From a bacterium (GTDB lineage: Bacteria; Zhuqueibacterota; Zhuqueibacteria; Oceanimicrobiales; Oceanimicrobiaceae), in assembly GCA_046757525.1 (NCBI GenBank), contig JBHHYI010000003.1:1-60110 (forward strand): 60,110 bases of DNA, given 5' to 3'. The first letter of the stretch is position 1. Every line of letters starts with the position of its first letter. Shown piece after piece: positions 18,679-27,027 of this stretch. Both the position numbers and the translations under genes were made by a program. The notes under the pieces were generated by a model that saw only the letters and a program-made list of their open reading frames with translations, was not told where the DNA came from and searched no databases.

Positions 18679-19674
18679 ATGAGCATGAAAAGACCACATT
18701 CCGAACACAATCTCAATTTGATCGCTAAGATTCTCTCCAACAACGCCATCGAAGCTGAAAAGCGCAAGCTCTCCGGCAAGGATTCCAGAGACTTCGAGGA
18801 GTCTGAGAGAGTCTGGCAGTGGGCGGAACTGGTGCGCCCACCGCAGCCGCCTGAAGCGCAGTGGGCCAAAATCACCCGTTTCATTCAGGAAGAGAAACCC
18901 GCCACCATCCTCGAACTGCCAGCGAGACCCCAACGCAGAACAAGCTTCTACGTGCTGCGCATTGCTGCGGTGCTGCTGCTGGCAATCCTGTCGATTTGGA
19001 CGGTGCGGGCGTTTCTTTTTTCAGAAGTAGCTGTGGCTACACAAAACGGGGAAAGACAGACGGTGCAATTGCCGGACGGTTCTGAAGTCGAATTGAACGC
19101 CGCCAGCCGTTTGACTTACTCAAAGAACTTCGCAAAAAAATCCCGCCGGGTCGCTTTGCAGGGCGAAGCTTTTTTCCAGGTTCGCAAGAATGAGCGCCCG
19201 TTCGTGGTTAGACTGAAAGCGGCGGAGGTGGAAGTCCTGGGTACGTCCTTCAACATTCGGGACCGGGGCGAGGAAACAACCGTGGTGGTTGCGCGCGGCC
19301 AGGTGGCCTTTACAACCCGGGCCAGGCCGGGCAACCGTGTCCTTCTGCACCGGGGAGAGATGAGCCGGATCGTTGAGGGTAGAGAACCGTCGCCACCGCA
19401 GCCGGTCGATCTGGACAACTACCTGGCCTGGCGCCAGGGACGGCTGGAGTTTGAACGCACGCCCCTCGACGAGGTGTTTGCCGAGTTGCAGCGCCAGTTT
19501 GACGTGCAGTTTCACTTCAGCAACCCCAATCTTAATGGACAGACTTTAACCGCATCGTTTCAAAAAGGGCAAAGCCTGGAAGAAATCCTCACCGCCATTT
19601 GCTTAACCCTCAATTGGGAATTTCACCAATCGCAGGACGTGGTTCAAATCGAGAATCCGGGAACGCAGCAATGA
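18679..19674 (+). CDS. FecR-family anti-sigma factor / transmembrane sensor
   Basis: Single TM (VLRIAAVLLLAILSIW) followed by the FecR domain (VQLPDGSEVELNAASRLTY..RRVALQGEAFFQV..PFVV..VEVLGTSFNI). Confidence 0.85.
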   Translation: MSMKRPHSEHNLNLIAKILSNNAIEAEKRKLSGKDSRDFEESERVWQWAELVRPPQPPEAQWAKITRFIQEEKPATILELPARPQRRTSFYVLRIAAVLLLAILSIWTVRAFLFSEVAVATQNGERQTVQLPDGSEVELNAASRLTYSKNFAKKSRRVALQGEAFFQVRKNERPFVVRLKAAEVEVLGTSFNIRDRGEETTVVVARGQVAFTTRARPGNRVLLHRGEMSRIVEGREPSPPQPVDLDNYLAWRQGRLEFERTPLDEVFAELQRQFDVQFHFSNPNLNGQTLTASFQKGQSLEEILTAICLTLNWEFHQSQDVVQIENPGTQQ

Positions 19675-22394
19675 AAAGGGGCTGCCAACTCATTCTGCTT
19701 CTGCTAACGCTGGCGAGTTTGCGCGAGGCGCGGGCTCAAAGCCCTGGCCAGACCGTGGTGCCGCTTTCGAAACAACCTCCCCTGCAGCGAAAAATCACCT
19801 TGCGGCTAAACTCGGTCTCGCTGCGACAGGCTCTGGCGGCCATTGCACACCAGACCGGAATTAAATTCGTTTACCGCGACGACCTGTTGGACAGTCAAGG
19901 AAACATCGACTTGCAGGCCGAAGAAAGACCGATTGCGGACATTCTGGAACAACTGCTGCAAGACTCAAAGATCGGCTTTGTTGCCATTTCGCTGGAGCAG
20001 ATCGTGCTGACCGAAAAGAAGCTCTTGCGACGAAAGTACGGCAGCGTGCGGGGCAAAGTGGTCGACGCCACCACCGGCGAACCGCTGCTCAACGCTAATG
20101 TGGAGGTTGTGGACACGCGCCTGGGTGCGGCCTCCGATTTGGGCGGCTATTTCAGGCTGCGCTTGCCGGCCGGGCAGCACGATCTCAGGGTCTCGGTGAT
20201 CGGCTACCAGGCCGAAATGCGCCACAACGTGAAGGTCGCCGCAGGCAAGACCCGCTATTTGACCTTCCGGTTAAAACCGGCCGTTGTGCGCCTGCCGGAA
20301 GTGCAGGTGACCTCCAGCCGCAGCCAATTGCCGCAACAGTTGCAAGTAGAATCCAGCGTGTTGACGGTCCGGCGGTCACGCTTAACCGCCGTTCCAACCG
20401 TGGGAGAACCGGATTTGTTCAGGACTTTGCAGACCTTGCCGGGCGTCAGTGCCCCAAGCGACGTTTCCAACGAGCTGTTCATCCGCGGCGGCAGTTCGGA
20501 CCAGAATCTGATTCTGCTGGACGGTGCGGTGGTGTACAATCCTTACCATCTTTTTGGCTTTGCCGGCGCCTTCAATCCCGACCTGGTGGAGCAGGTGAAC
20601 CTCTCCCTCGGTGGCTTTTCGGCACGCTACGGCGACCGCCTGAGCTCGGTGATCGACATTCAGACCAAATCGATTTCTCCCAGCGGCATCAGCGGCTACG
20701 GCAACTTTAGTTTAATGAGCTCCAAAGTGACCCTGTTGGGCCGCTTGCACCCCAAAATTCATTGGGTCATGAGTGCGCGCCGGACCTACCATGACCTGGC
20801 GGCCGGCCTTTTTTTCAACCAGGACGTCCCTTACTATTTTTACGACCTCTACGGCAAGCTAACCATCCAACCCAATGCCAGCAACCTCCTGTTTGTCAGT
20901 GGGTTTTTCTCGCGGGACATCTTTTTGGATAAAAGACAAAGCAGGCGTGCGGACATAGACGATCCAACCTATTATCCGAACGAATCTGCCATTCCAAAAG
21001 ATACGGGTTACACCAAACATCTGAAAAATCAATTTATCTGGGACAATCTGATTTTTAGCGCTCACTGGATTCATGAGTTCAGTGCAAAACTGCGTTTCGA
21101 GCTGCAAGCGTCTCAGAGTCGCAATCCCACCAACATTGGTTCAGACAATTATTTTGAGGCCGCTGCGAATGCCTCGCTGGCTACCCAAGAATACGTGAGA
21201 GTCTCCAATCAACGTTCGAACTTCTCGTCGGACTTTCGCACCAACAATAGGATTGTGGATCGAACCATCCGGGGGCATTGGTTCTTGAAGGCCTTCGCGA
21301 AACATCAAATGCGCTTGGGCGGCGGATACAGCAATATCCGCTTGAACTATCGCTGGGAAGAGCTATTCAATGAATTTAACGTAAGCGAATTACAGATTTT
21401 CTTCGATCAGGCGCCGGACAATTTTCAATTTGCGAGAAAGTTAGGCCAATACTACGTGTACGCCGAAGATTTGTGGCAACCCAACCGGCACCTGAGCATT
21501 CGGCCTGGCCTTCGCTTTGAGAAGAGGAGTTTCGTCAAAGGGTGGGCCATTGAACCGCGACTGAATTTAAGCTACCAATTGCAAAGCAACGCGATCCTGA
21601 AGGCCGCGTACGGGCATTTTCACCAGGGACTGGCGACGTCGCTGGAAGAGGGATTCTTGCAGTTGTTGCCGCTACCCTTTCCAACTGAAAGGGGGCTGTT
21701 GCTGGAGAGCGCGGACCATTTCATTCTGGGCCTGCAACTGAAGCGCAAGAGCTGGGAATTTAAGGCGGAAACTTATTACAAGCATTTGAATCATCTGATC
21801 AAAGCGACCGGCGGCCAACCAGAATTCGAACAAGGAACGGGCAAAGCCTACGGGGTAGAACTGGGCGTTAAAAAATTTGGCGACCGGTTGAACCTGGAAG
21901 TCAATTACACCCTCTCCTATGCCAAACGCCATTTCAACCAACTGGACTACTTTACTTCCTTTGACCAGAGGCACAATCTTTCGGCTTTTGGTCGCTACCA
22001 TTTGGGAAAAAACTGGGCCTTCAATTTTCGCTGGGTCGTGGCCACAGGCCGCCCGTTTACCTCGGCTGACATCGAGCATTCTTTGCGCTTCTTCGACCCT
22101 TTGACCGGCGAATGGATTCCATTTGGGGAGTACCCCACTTCCAGTTCAGCGGACTTACGCGCCGTCAAGAATCGGGTGCGCTATCCCATCTACCACCGCT
22201 TAGACATCAGCTTCGTCAAGCGCATTCAAAAACGGGGTTGGGCCTTGCTGCCTTACATTCAAGTCGTCAACGTCTACTTTCGCAGAAACGTTTTCTGGTA
22301 CGATTTCAGCATTGGCAACGATCAAACTTATAAACGCAAAGTCATCCCCATGATGCCCATCGTGCCGACCTTTGGGGTGAGTTTGGAGTTTTGA
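19671..22394 (+). CDS. TonB-dependent receptor/transducer with STN and carboxypeptidase-regulatory-like N-terminal domains
   Basis: The ATG at 19671 overlaps the FecR stop (ATGA). Domain evidence: signal peptide MKRGCQLILLLLTLASLREARAQ; STN (ITLRLNSVSLRQALAAIAHQTGIKFVY); CarbopepD_reg (VRGKVVDATTGEPLLNANV..GYFRL); plug (LFRTLQTLPGVS); and a C-terminal barrel ending in F. Confidence 0.9.
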   Translation: MKRGCQLILLLLTLASLREARAQSPGQTVVPLSKQPPLQRKITLRLNSVSLRQALAAIAHQTGIKFVYRDDLLDSQGNIDLQAEERPIADILEQLLQDSKIGFVAISLEQIVLTEKKLLRRKYGSVRGKVVDATTGEPLLNANVEVVDTRLGAASDLGGYFRLRLPAGQHDLRVSVIGYQAEMRHNVKVAAGKTRYLTFRLKPAVVRLPEVQVTSSRSQLPQQLQVESSVLTVRRSRLTAVPTVGEPDLFRTLQTLPGVSAPSDVSNELFIRGGSSDQNLILLDGAVVYNPYHLFGFAGAFNPDLVEQVNLSLGGFSARYGDRLSSVIDIQTKSISPSGISGYGNFSLMSSKVTLLGRLHPKIHWVMSARRTYHDLAAGLFFNQDVPYYFYDLYGKLTIQPNASNLLFVSGFFSRDIFLDKRQSRRADIDDPTYYPNESAIPKDTGYTKHLKNQFIWDNLIFSAHWIHEFSAKLRFELQASQSRNPTNIGSDNYFEAAANASLATQEYVRVSNQRSNFSSDFRTNNRIVDRTIRGHWFLKAFAKHQMRLGGGYSNIRLNYRWEELFNEFNVSELQIFFDQAPDNFQFARKLGQYYVYAEDLWQPNRHLSIRPGLRFEKRSFVKGWAIEPRLNLSYQLQSNAILKAAYGHFHQGLATSLEEGFLQLLPLPFPTERGLLLESADHFILGLQLKRKSWEFKAETYYKHLNHLIKATGGQPEFEQGTGKAYGVELGVKKFGDRLNLEVNYTLSYAKRHFNQLDYFTSFDQRHNLSAFGRYHLGKNWAFNFRWVVATGRPFTSADIEHSLRFFDPLTGEWIPFGEYPTSSSADLRAVKNRVRYPIYHRLDISFVKRIQKRGWALLPYIQVVNVYFRRNVFWYDFSIGNDQTYKRKVIPMMPIVPTFGVSLEF

Positions 22395-22528
22395 GGTGTT
22401 TGAATAAAAAGGTTCTGAGCTAACTCTAACTTGATTAATTTTGAAAGTTGAGGAAAGGTGTGACTGCAACAAACAGGGTTTCACAAAACGTGACAAATTG
22501 CAGCAAGACTTGTAGAGACGCACCGGCC

Positions 22529-22570
22529 AAATCCCCCTCTCTTGCAAGAGAGGGGGATTTAGGGGGTGAG
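22529..22570. repeat. Perfect 32-bp palindrome plus G-tract, immediately 5' of the DUF559 gene
   Basis: AAATCCCCCTCTCTTGCAAGAGAGGGGGATTT followed by AGGGGGTGAG. Confidence 0.6.
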
Positions 22571-22575
22571 TTCTG

Positions 22576-22932
22576 ATGGACGAGCGCATAAAACAAACGG
22601 TCAGAAAGCTTAGAAAGGAGCAGACAAAAAGCGAGTCAATGTTTTGGCAGGCGGTTCGAAACCGGAAACTAAAGGGCAAGAAATTTCTAAGGCAGCACCC
22701 CATTTGCTTTGAGATAGACGGCAGAACACGATTTTTCATAGAGGACTTTTATTGTCATGAGAAGAGGTTTGTAGTGGAAATAGATGGTAAAATACACTTA
22801 AAGCAAAAAGATTACGATGCGTTGAGAACCCACATCATAAATGTCCTGGGTATGAAAGTGATTCGTTTTAAGAACGAGGAGATTGAGAGGAATTTGGAGG
22901 CGGTGCTCGAGTGCATTGGGGGGCATCTTTAA
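22576..22932 (+). CDS. DUF559 (Vsr-like endonuclease fold) protein
   Basis: LRKEQTKSESMFWQAVRNRKLKGKKFLRQHPI .. DFYCHEKRFVVEIDG..H.....YD..R...L...G.KVIRFKNEEI matches the DUF559 pattern. Confidence 0.8.
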   Translation: MDERIKQTVRKLRKEQTKSESMFWQAVRNRKLKGKKFLRQHPICFEIDGRTRFFIEDFYCHEKRFVVEIDGKIHLKQKDYDALRTHIINVLGMKVIRFKNEEIERNLEAVLECIGGHL

Positions 22933-22945
22933 CTCATCCCCAAGG

Positions 22946-23074
22946 GGCTGTCCAAAGATGGCCACTTTTGTGTCATTCCCGCGGAAGCGGGAATCTATAA
23001 CCTGTTGATTTTTCTGGATTCCTGCTTTCACAGGAATGACAACCCCGGGGGCCTTCTTGACTTTTTGGACAGCC
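22946..23074. repeat. Nested imperfect palindromic element 3' of the DUF559 gene
   Basis: Outer inverted repeat GGCTGTCCAAA (22946-22956) / TTTGGACAGCC (23064-23074). Inner inverted repeat GTCATTCC / GGAATGAC (22972-22979 / 23033-23040). Internal hairpins TCCCGC-ggaa-GCGGGA and ATTCCTG-ctttca-CAGGAAT. The antisense reading gives the DSRFRGND-type pseudo-ORF often produced by such repeats. Confidence 0.55.
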
Positions 23075-23153
23075 GCCTTTCAGGATCGGGCTTAGAGTTA
23101 GGTAAAGGGTGCGGGAGAAACAAACCATTCTAAAAAACATGTTTTGCCCCCAT

Positions 23154-23179
23154 CCCGATTTTGAGAGCTCAAAATCGGG
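23154..23179. promoter_or_regulatory. 26-bp near-perfect palindrome upstream of the lipoprotein/DUF4249 genes
   Basis: CCCGATTTTGAG-ag-CTCAAAATCGGG, about 100 nt upstream of the ATG at 23276. Confidence 0.25.
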
Positions 23180-23275
23180 GTGGTTTGGACAAACACAGAC
23201 CAGTCAGTTTTGCAATTATTTGAAACGTAATAAGTTAACAAATGGGTACAAATTGGGCAAAAGGAGGTCTTTAAA

Positions 23276-23881
23276 ATGAAACCAAAATTCAATCTATTGG
23301 CCTTATGCCTCATCCTGGCCATTCTCGATCTAAGCTGTAGCAATGACTCAGGCATGAGCAGCAACGTCCTGCCTTTCACGGTGTCCGGCCGCCTGGTGCA
23401 GGTCTCCCAACAAGAAATCCCGTCGGATGCCGAGATCGTGGTGGCCTGGGATGTGGGCGGGTCGCCGGATTATGTTTACATCTTCGGCAAGGGCACCATC
23501 GTCAAAAACGCTGGTACCTTTTCTATTTCGTTCGACGGCAACCCGCCCGCACGTGCGCTCACCGGCGGCGTCCTGGGCGTGGGATTCGTACTGATTACCA
23601 ACAAGGGTGCCTTTAGCAACAACGAAGAGTTTACCGAGGTTCCAACGGAGAATATTTTAGGCGCTGCGGCCAATTACGGGGTCATCTTCGTCAACGAGAG
23701 TCCCAACAAAGCGGCTGCTGACATGGAAAGAGATTGGCTGAAATCATTTAAATCAGGGTACAACGTGGGCAAGGGCATTAAGATCCCGGACGATTTCGAC
23801 GGCTTTGAACCCGTGGACCCCACCACGGTAGAGGTGATCATCGATGACCTTGACAACCTCGAGTTTGTTAATTGGACTTAA
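23276..23881 (+). CDS. Hypothetical lipoprotein
   Basis: Signal peptide with lipobox (LAILDLSCSN) and an RBS AAGGAGG upstream. No known domain recognised. Confidence 0.5.
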   Translation: MKPKFNLLALCLILAILDLSCSNDSGMSSNVLPFTVSGRLVQVSQQEIPSDAEIVVAWDVGGSPDYVYIFGKGTIVKNAGTFSISFDGNPPARALTGGVLGVGFVLITNKGAFSNNEEFTEVPTENILGAAANYGVIFVNESPNKAAADMERDWLKSFKSGYNVGKGIKIPDDFDGFEPVDPTTVEVIIDDLDNLEFVNWT

Positions 23882-23900
23882 TCTGAACGAGGTTTTTGAA

Positions 23901-24692
23901 GTGCTGAGAAAACTTACTCTTTTGCTCTTGTTAGCAACCGGTTGCAGTCAAAATCCGGTGGTGGAAACGGACATTAACCAACTGGTGGTGCGCGGCGTCT
24001 TGAGTCCGGAATTCGACCACCAGACCATTTTAGTTGAACAAGGCACAAATATTTTGCTGACCGATGGTCTGAAGCAATCAGAATTAGCCAAACCGGTAGA
24101 AGAAGCCGTTGTGATCGTAAACAGCGACGGCCGGGAAGTCGTGTTTCAAGAAGTAGCACCCGGGGAATATCAGGACATCGCTACCCCCTTGAACGTTGAA
24201 CCGGGGAAGACCTACTCTCTGAGGATTCAAGACAAACAGGGCCATCAGCTCAGTGCAAAAACCACTGTTCCCGGTCATTTTGAAATCGTTTTGCCGATTG
24301 AGGGAGCGAGCTATTTGCCATCGCAACAAATAGAGTTTAAGTGGCAGCCGAGTCCGCATGTTGGGATCTACGCTATCGGGCTGGTGCTACCCGAAGAGTG
24401 CGCCTATAGATTCGATGAGGAAAGGCGACAATTCAACTTTGTTCAAACTACAAAGAATACAGAAACGTCAATCCCATTCGTCAACTCATGTGCTGCCGAC
24501 CAATCTGCGTTGAGATATTGGAGGGTTGTGGCTTACGATTCCGCCTTTGCGGCGTATCAATTCGGTTTCTTTCTTTTCGGCGACAATAGGCCTCGAGATT
24601 CCAATATCGAAGGCGGCCTGGGGGTATTCGGTTCCATGGTTTCGGACTCGGTGACCGTTGTTGCGGTAGACACTTCCTCGGCGTCTGAATGA
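23901..24692 (+). CDS. DUF4249-like lipoprotein
   Basis: GTG start at 23901 gives LRKLTLLLLLATGCSQ (lipobox). The C-terminal NIEGGLGVFGS motif is typical of DUF4249, a family usually adjacent to TonB-dependent receptors. Confidence 0.55.
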   Translation: MLRKLTLLLLLATGCSQNPVVETDINQLVVRGVLSPEFDHQTILVEQGTNILLTDGLKQSELAKPVEEAVVIVNSDGREVVFQEVAPGEYQDIATPLNVEPGKTYSLRIQDKQGHQLSAKTTVPGHFEIVLPIEGASYLPSQQIEFKWQPSPHVGIYAIGLVLPEECAYRFDEERRQFNFVQTTKNTETSIPFVNSCAADQSALRYWRVVAYDSAFAAYQFGFFLFGDNRPRDSNIEGGLGVFGSMVSDSVTVVAVDTSSASE

Positions 24693-24885
24693 TTGAACAG
24701 CTATTCCCCACAAAAAAATTTGCAATACTCCTTGAAAATGATTATCTTTTAAGAAACGCTCCGCTCTTCGTAACGCAAACGTCTCGTTTGCGACGGCATT
24801 TCTTTCATGTAAAAGCACGCCAAGCGTGCACAGAGATTCAGTAGGAAAGCTTTCTCATACAGGGTGATTCAGTCACACGGATTTA

Positions 24886-25470
24886 ATGGAAACAGAAGCC
24901 AATCCGATACAGCTTTTTAAGCAACTCTACGAACAAGTCTTTCAGGCCGATGTGCCTGAATCGTCCGCCATGACCCTGGCGACAGCCACGCCAGGCGGAC
25001 GCCCTTCGGCACGAGTCGTGTTGCTGAAGGGTTTCGACGACCGCGGATTCGTGTTTTACACCAATTTAGCCAGCCGCAAGGCCGTCGACCTGCAAGCCAA
25101 TCCCGTTGCAGCGTTGTGTTTTTATTGGGAGCAGATCCACTACCAGGTGCGCGTCGAAGGGTGGGTTGAACAGGTTACCGATGCGGAAGCCGATGCCTAT
25201 TTTGCTACCAGACCGCGCGGCAGTCAGATCGGCGCCTGGGCTTCCAAACAGAGCGCCAGGCTCGAAAAGCGCGAAGCCTTAGAAGCCCAGATGCAGAAGT
25301 ACACCAAGCGCTTTGAAGGTAAAGAAGTGCCTCGCCCCACTTTCTGGTCTGGCTACCGGCTGGTGCCTGAGCAAATAGAATTCTGGGAACGGAAAGAGAA
25401 TAGATTGCACGCACGTACGTTGTTTGTGCGCCAAAATGAAACCTGGAAAGTTTGCCTGCTTAATCCATAA
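24886..25470 (+). CDS. pdxH: Pyridoxamine 5'-phosphate oxidase
   Basis: RVVLLKGFDDRGFVFYTNLASRK .. YQVRVEG .. RPRGSQIGAWASKQS .. FWSGYRLVPEQIEFWE signature. Confidence 0.9.
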   Translation: METEANPIQLFKQLYEQVFQADVPESSAMTLATATPGGRPSARVVLLKGFDDRGFVFYTNLASRKAVDLQANPVAALCFYWEQIHYQVRVEGWVEQVTDAEADAYFATRPRGSQIGAWASKQSARLEKREALEAQMQKYTKRFEGKEVPRPTFWSGYRLVPEQIEFWERKENRLHARTLFVRQNETWKVCLLNP

Positions 25471-25503
25471 TAATATCAGTTCTTAATTACAAAGGGTTGT
25501 CCG

Positions 25504-26238
25504 ATGAGACTTTCGAAAACGGTACTCCGATTGATTTTTCTATTGGCATCATTGTTATTCGTTCTTATGGCTTCTCCCGCTTTCTCACAAAACCAATCTC
25601 AGCGTCTTTTGGGTGATTTTGAAGAGGGTTGGCATCAGAAGTGGATTGAGCGTAAATTTGCCGATCTGCCAACGCTCTACAAGGTCAGCACCGAAGACAG
25701 CAATTCCGTTCTCATGGCGACCAGCGCAAAGTCCGCCTCGGCGTTGTGGCGCATGTTGGAAATCCACGCCGGCAACATCGGGAAAATCGCCTGGCGTTGG
25801 AAGGTCGAGAGTAGTCTTTCGAAAAAAACGCAGGAAAAAACCAAAATAGGCGATGACTATGCAGCCCGAGTATTTGTGGTGTTTGGACCGCATTACAAAA
25901 GCTGGAAGACCCGCGCGATTTGCTATGTTTGGGCCGCCAAGGAACCCGTGGGAAGTGTTTACAGAAACCCGTATACCAACAGCGTCGCCACCGTCGTGGT
26001 GGAAAGCGGCAACGAACACAAAGATCAATGGATCAGCGAGAAAAGAAACTTCATTGACGACTACAAGAATTTCTTCAGGGGGGCACCCGAAATGGTCACC
26101 GCTGTTGCCATCATGGTCGATACGGAAAACACAGGCCAAAAAGCCACCGCCTGGTTTGATGACCTGGTCCTGGAAGTGGGGAACATTGAGCAAGAACAAC
26201 CCGATACTAAACCGCGGCGTATTATCTTTAATAATTGA
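25504..26238 (+). CDS. DUF3047 domain protein (secreted)
   Basis: Signal peptide, then SASALWRM .. IAWRWKVE .. KIGDDYAARVFVVF, as in DUF3047. Confidence 0.65.
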   Translation: MRLSKTVLRLIFLLASLLFVLMASPAFSQNQSQRLLGDFEEGWHQKWIERKFADLPTLYKVSTEDSNSVLMATSAKSASALWRMLEIHAGNIGKIAWRWKVESSLSKKTQEKTKIGDDYAARVFVVFGPHYKSWKTRAICYVWAAKEPVGSVYRNPYTNSVATVVVESGNEHKDQWISEKRNFIDDYKNFFRGAPEMVTAVAIMVDTENTGQKATAWFDDLVLEVGNIEQEQPDTKPRRIIFNN

Positions 26239-26406
26239 TCGAAGCGACGTCTTCGGCCCTTCAACGCCCGGTGCGGCCCGTCTTCGTGCGGGAGCGACCG
26301 CGCCTCAGCGATTGCTTAAGATTGCAAATCAAAGCTTCGAACCTTGCAGGGTCTTTTGCGTATACCTCAATGAATTGACCTGTTGACTTCTCAATTGGAG
26401 GTTAGA

Positions 26407-26676
26407 ATGGAAATCGCCGCCGTTCTGTTAGTTCTGGCATTTTTCTTGATTTTTTTCAAACTCTTCGCTCTTTTGTTTAAGGCCAGCCTGTTCGTGTTGA
26501 GTATTCCCCTTCAGATCATTGGAGCTCTTTTTGCTGCCGGCCTGGTGCTGTTATTGCTGCCTGTGGCAGTCATCGCAGGAGCCTTTGCCGCTCTCTTTGC
26601 TCCCTTCTTTGTTCTGGGGCCCTTTCTGCCACTCCTACTGGTATTGCTGGGAATCTTCCTGGTGGTAAAGAAGTAG
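26407..26676 (+). CDS. Small hydrophobic membrane protein
   Basis: GGAGG RBS 6 nt before the ATG, three hydrophobic helices and a terminator 60 nt downstream. Confidence 0.55.
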   Translation: MEIAAVLLVLAFFLIFFKLFALLFKASLFVLSIPLQIIGALFAAGLVLLLLPVAVIAGAFAALFAPFFVLGPFLPLLLVLLGIFLVVKK

Positions 26677-26736
26677 ACCGATCAAAAACTTGTTAACAGT
26701 CGGTCTCGTTGACAATCAGACTTTGGCATAAACAAG

Positions 26737-26767
26737 AACGCCGCTGAACGTCACAGCGGCGTTTTTG
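26737..26767 (+). terminator. Rho-independent terminator
   Basis: AACGCCGCTG-aacgtca-CAGCGGCGTT followed by a T-run. Confidence 0.75.
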
Positions 26768-26774
26768 TACTTCA

Positions 26775-26850
26775 AAATAAAAAACCGAGTTTACTACACC
26801 GATTCGGGATTAGGGGAGTTACCGACCTCAGCGTAACTAAACTCGGTGTT
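26775..26850 (-). ncRNA. Candidate small RNA (unclassified)
   Basis: A 10-bp closing stem ACCGAGTTTA (26784-26793) / TAAACTCGGT (26838-26847) encloses the hairpin GTTAC..GTAAC. On the minus strand it is followed by U6. It lies between the independent terminators of the two convergent flanking genes, and a sigma-54-like motif sits just upstream. Confidence 0.3.
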
Positions 26851-26859
26851 TTAATCCTT

Positions 26860-26875
26860 TACAACTTTTGTGCCA
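26860..26875 (-). promoter_or_regulatory. Sigma-54-like -24/-12 motif facing the candidate sRNA
   Basis: The minus strand reads TGGCAC-aaaag-TTGTA, with consensus spacing but GT instead of GC at -12. A 22-bp AT-rich palindrome GCTTTTTAATAAATTAAAAAGC lies at 26914-26935, about 50 nt further upstream. Confidence 0.25.
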
Positions 26876-26985
26876 AAACATTACCCACAACTGAAGCACC
26901 TACACAACTCGTTGCTTTTTAATAAATTAAAAAGCGAACTCAAACCAGGCCGTCCCATTCATGCACAGGTTGCCGGGCTCTGTCA

Positions 26986-27021
26986 TTTCAAAATGAAACC
27001 CTGCCGAGTTTCATTTTGAAA
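26986..27021 (-). terminator. Hairpin terminator candidate for the 362-aa membrane protein gene
   Basis: Perfect 14-bp inverted repeat TTTCAAAATGAAAC / GTTTCATTTTGAAA with an 8-nt loop, 6 nt after the stop codon. Confidence 0.4.
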
Positions 27022-27027
27022 CTTACC

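Noticed and set aside
19599-19670. N-terminal extensions given by the ORF track. Examples: 19599 for the TonB receptor; 38668 and 39068 for exbD2 and the TonB-position gene; 40171 for the TPR gene; 52693 for the permease; 42411-43313 for the CAP gene; 14542 for sdhA; 59484 for DUF5916.
   Set aside because: The extensions overlap the preceding gene and lack signal-peptide logic. The internal starts give canonical signal peptides or lipoboxes, have RBS support, and form tight stop/start junctions.
24774-24830. Two small hairpins upstream of pdxH (CGCAAACG-tct-CGTTTGCG and GCACGC-caa-GCGTGC), considered as a possible riboswitch or terminator.
   Set aside because: No T-run follows directly, I know of no riboswitch class with this shape, and the hairpins are too short to support a call.
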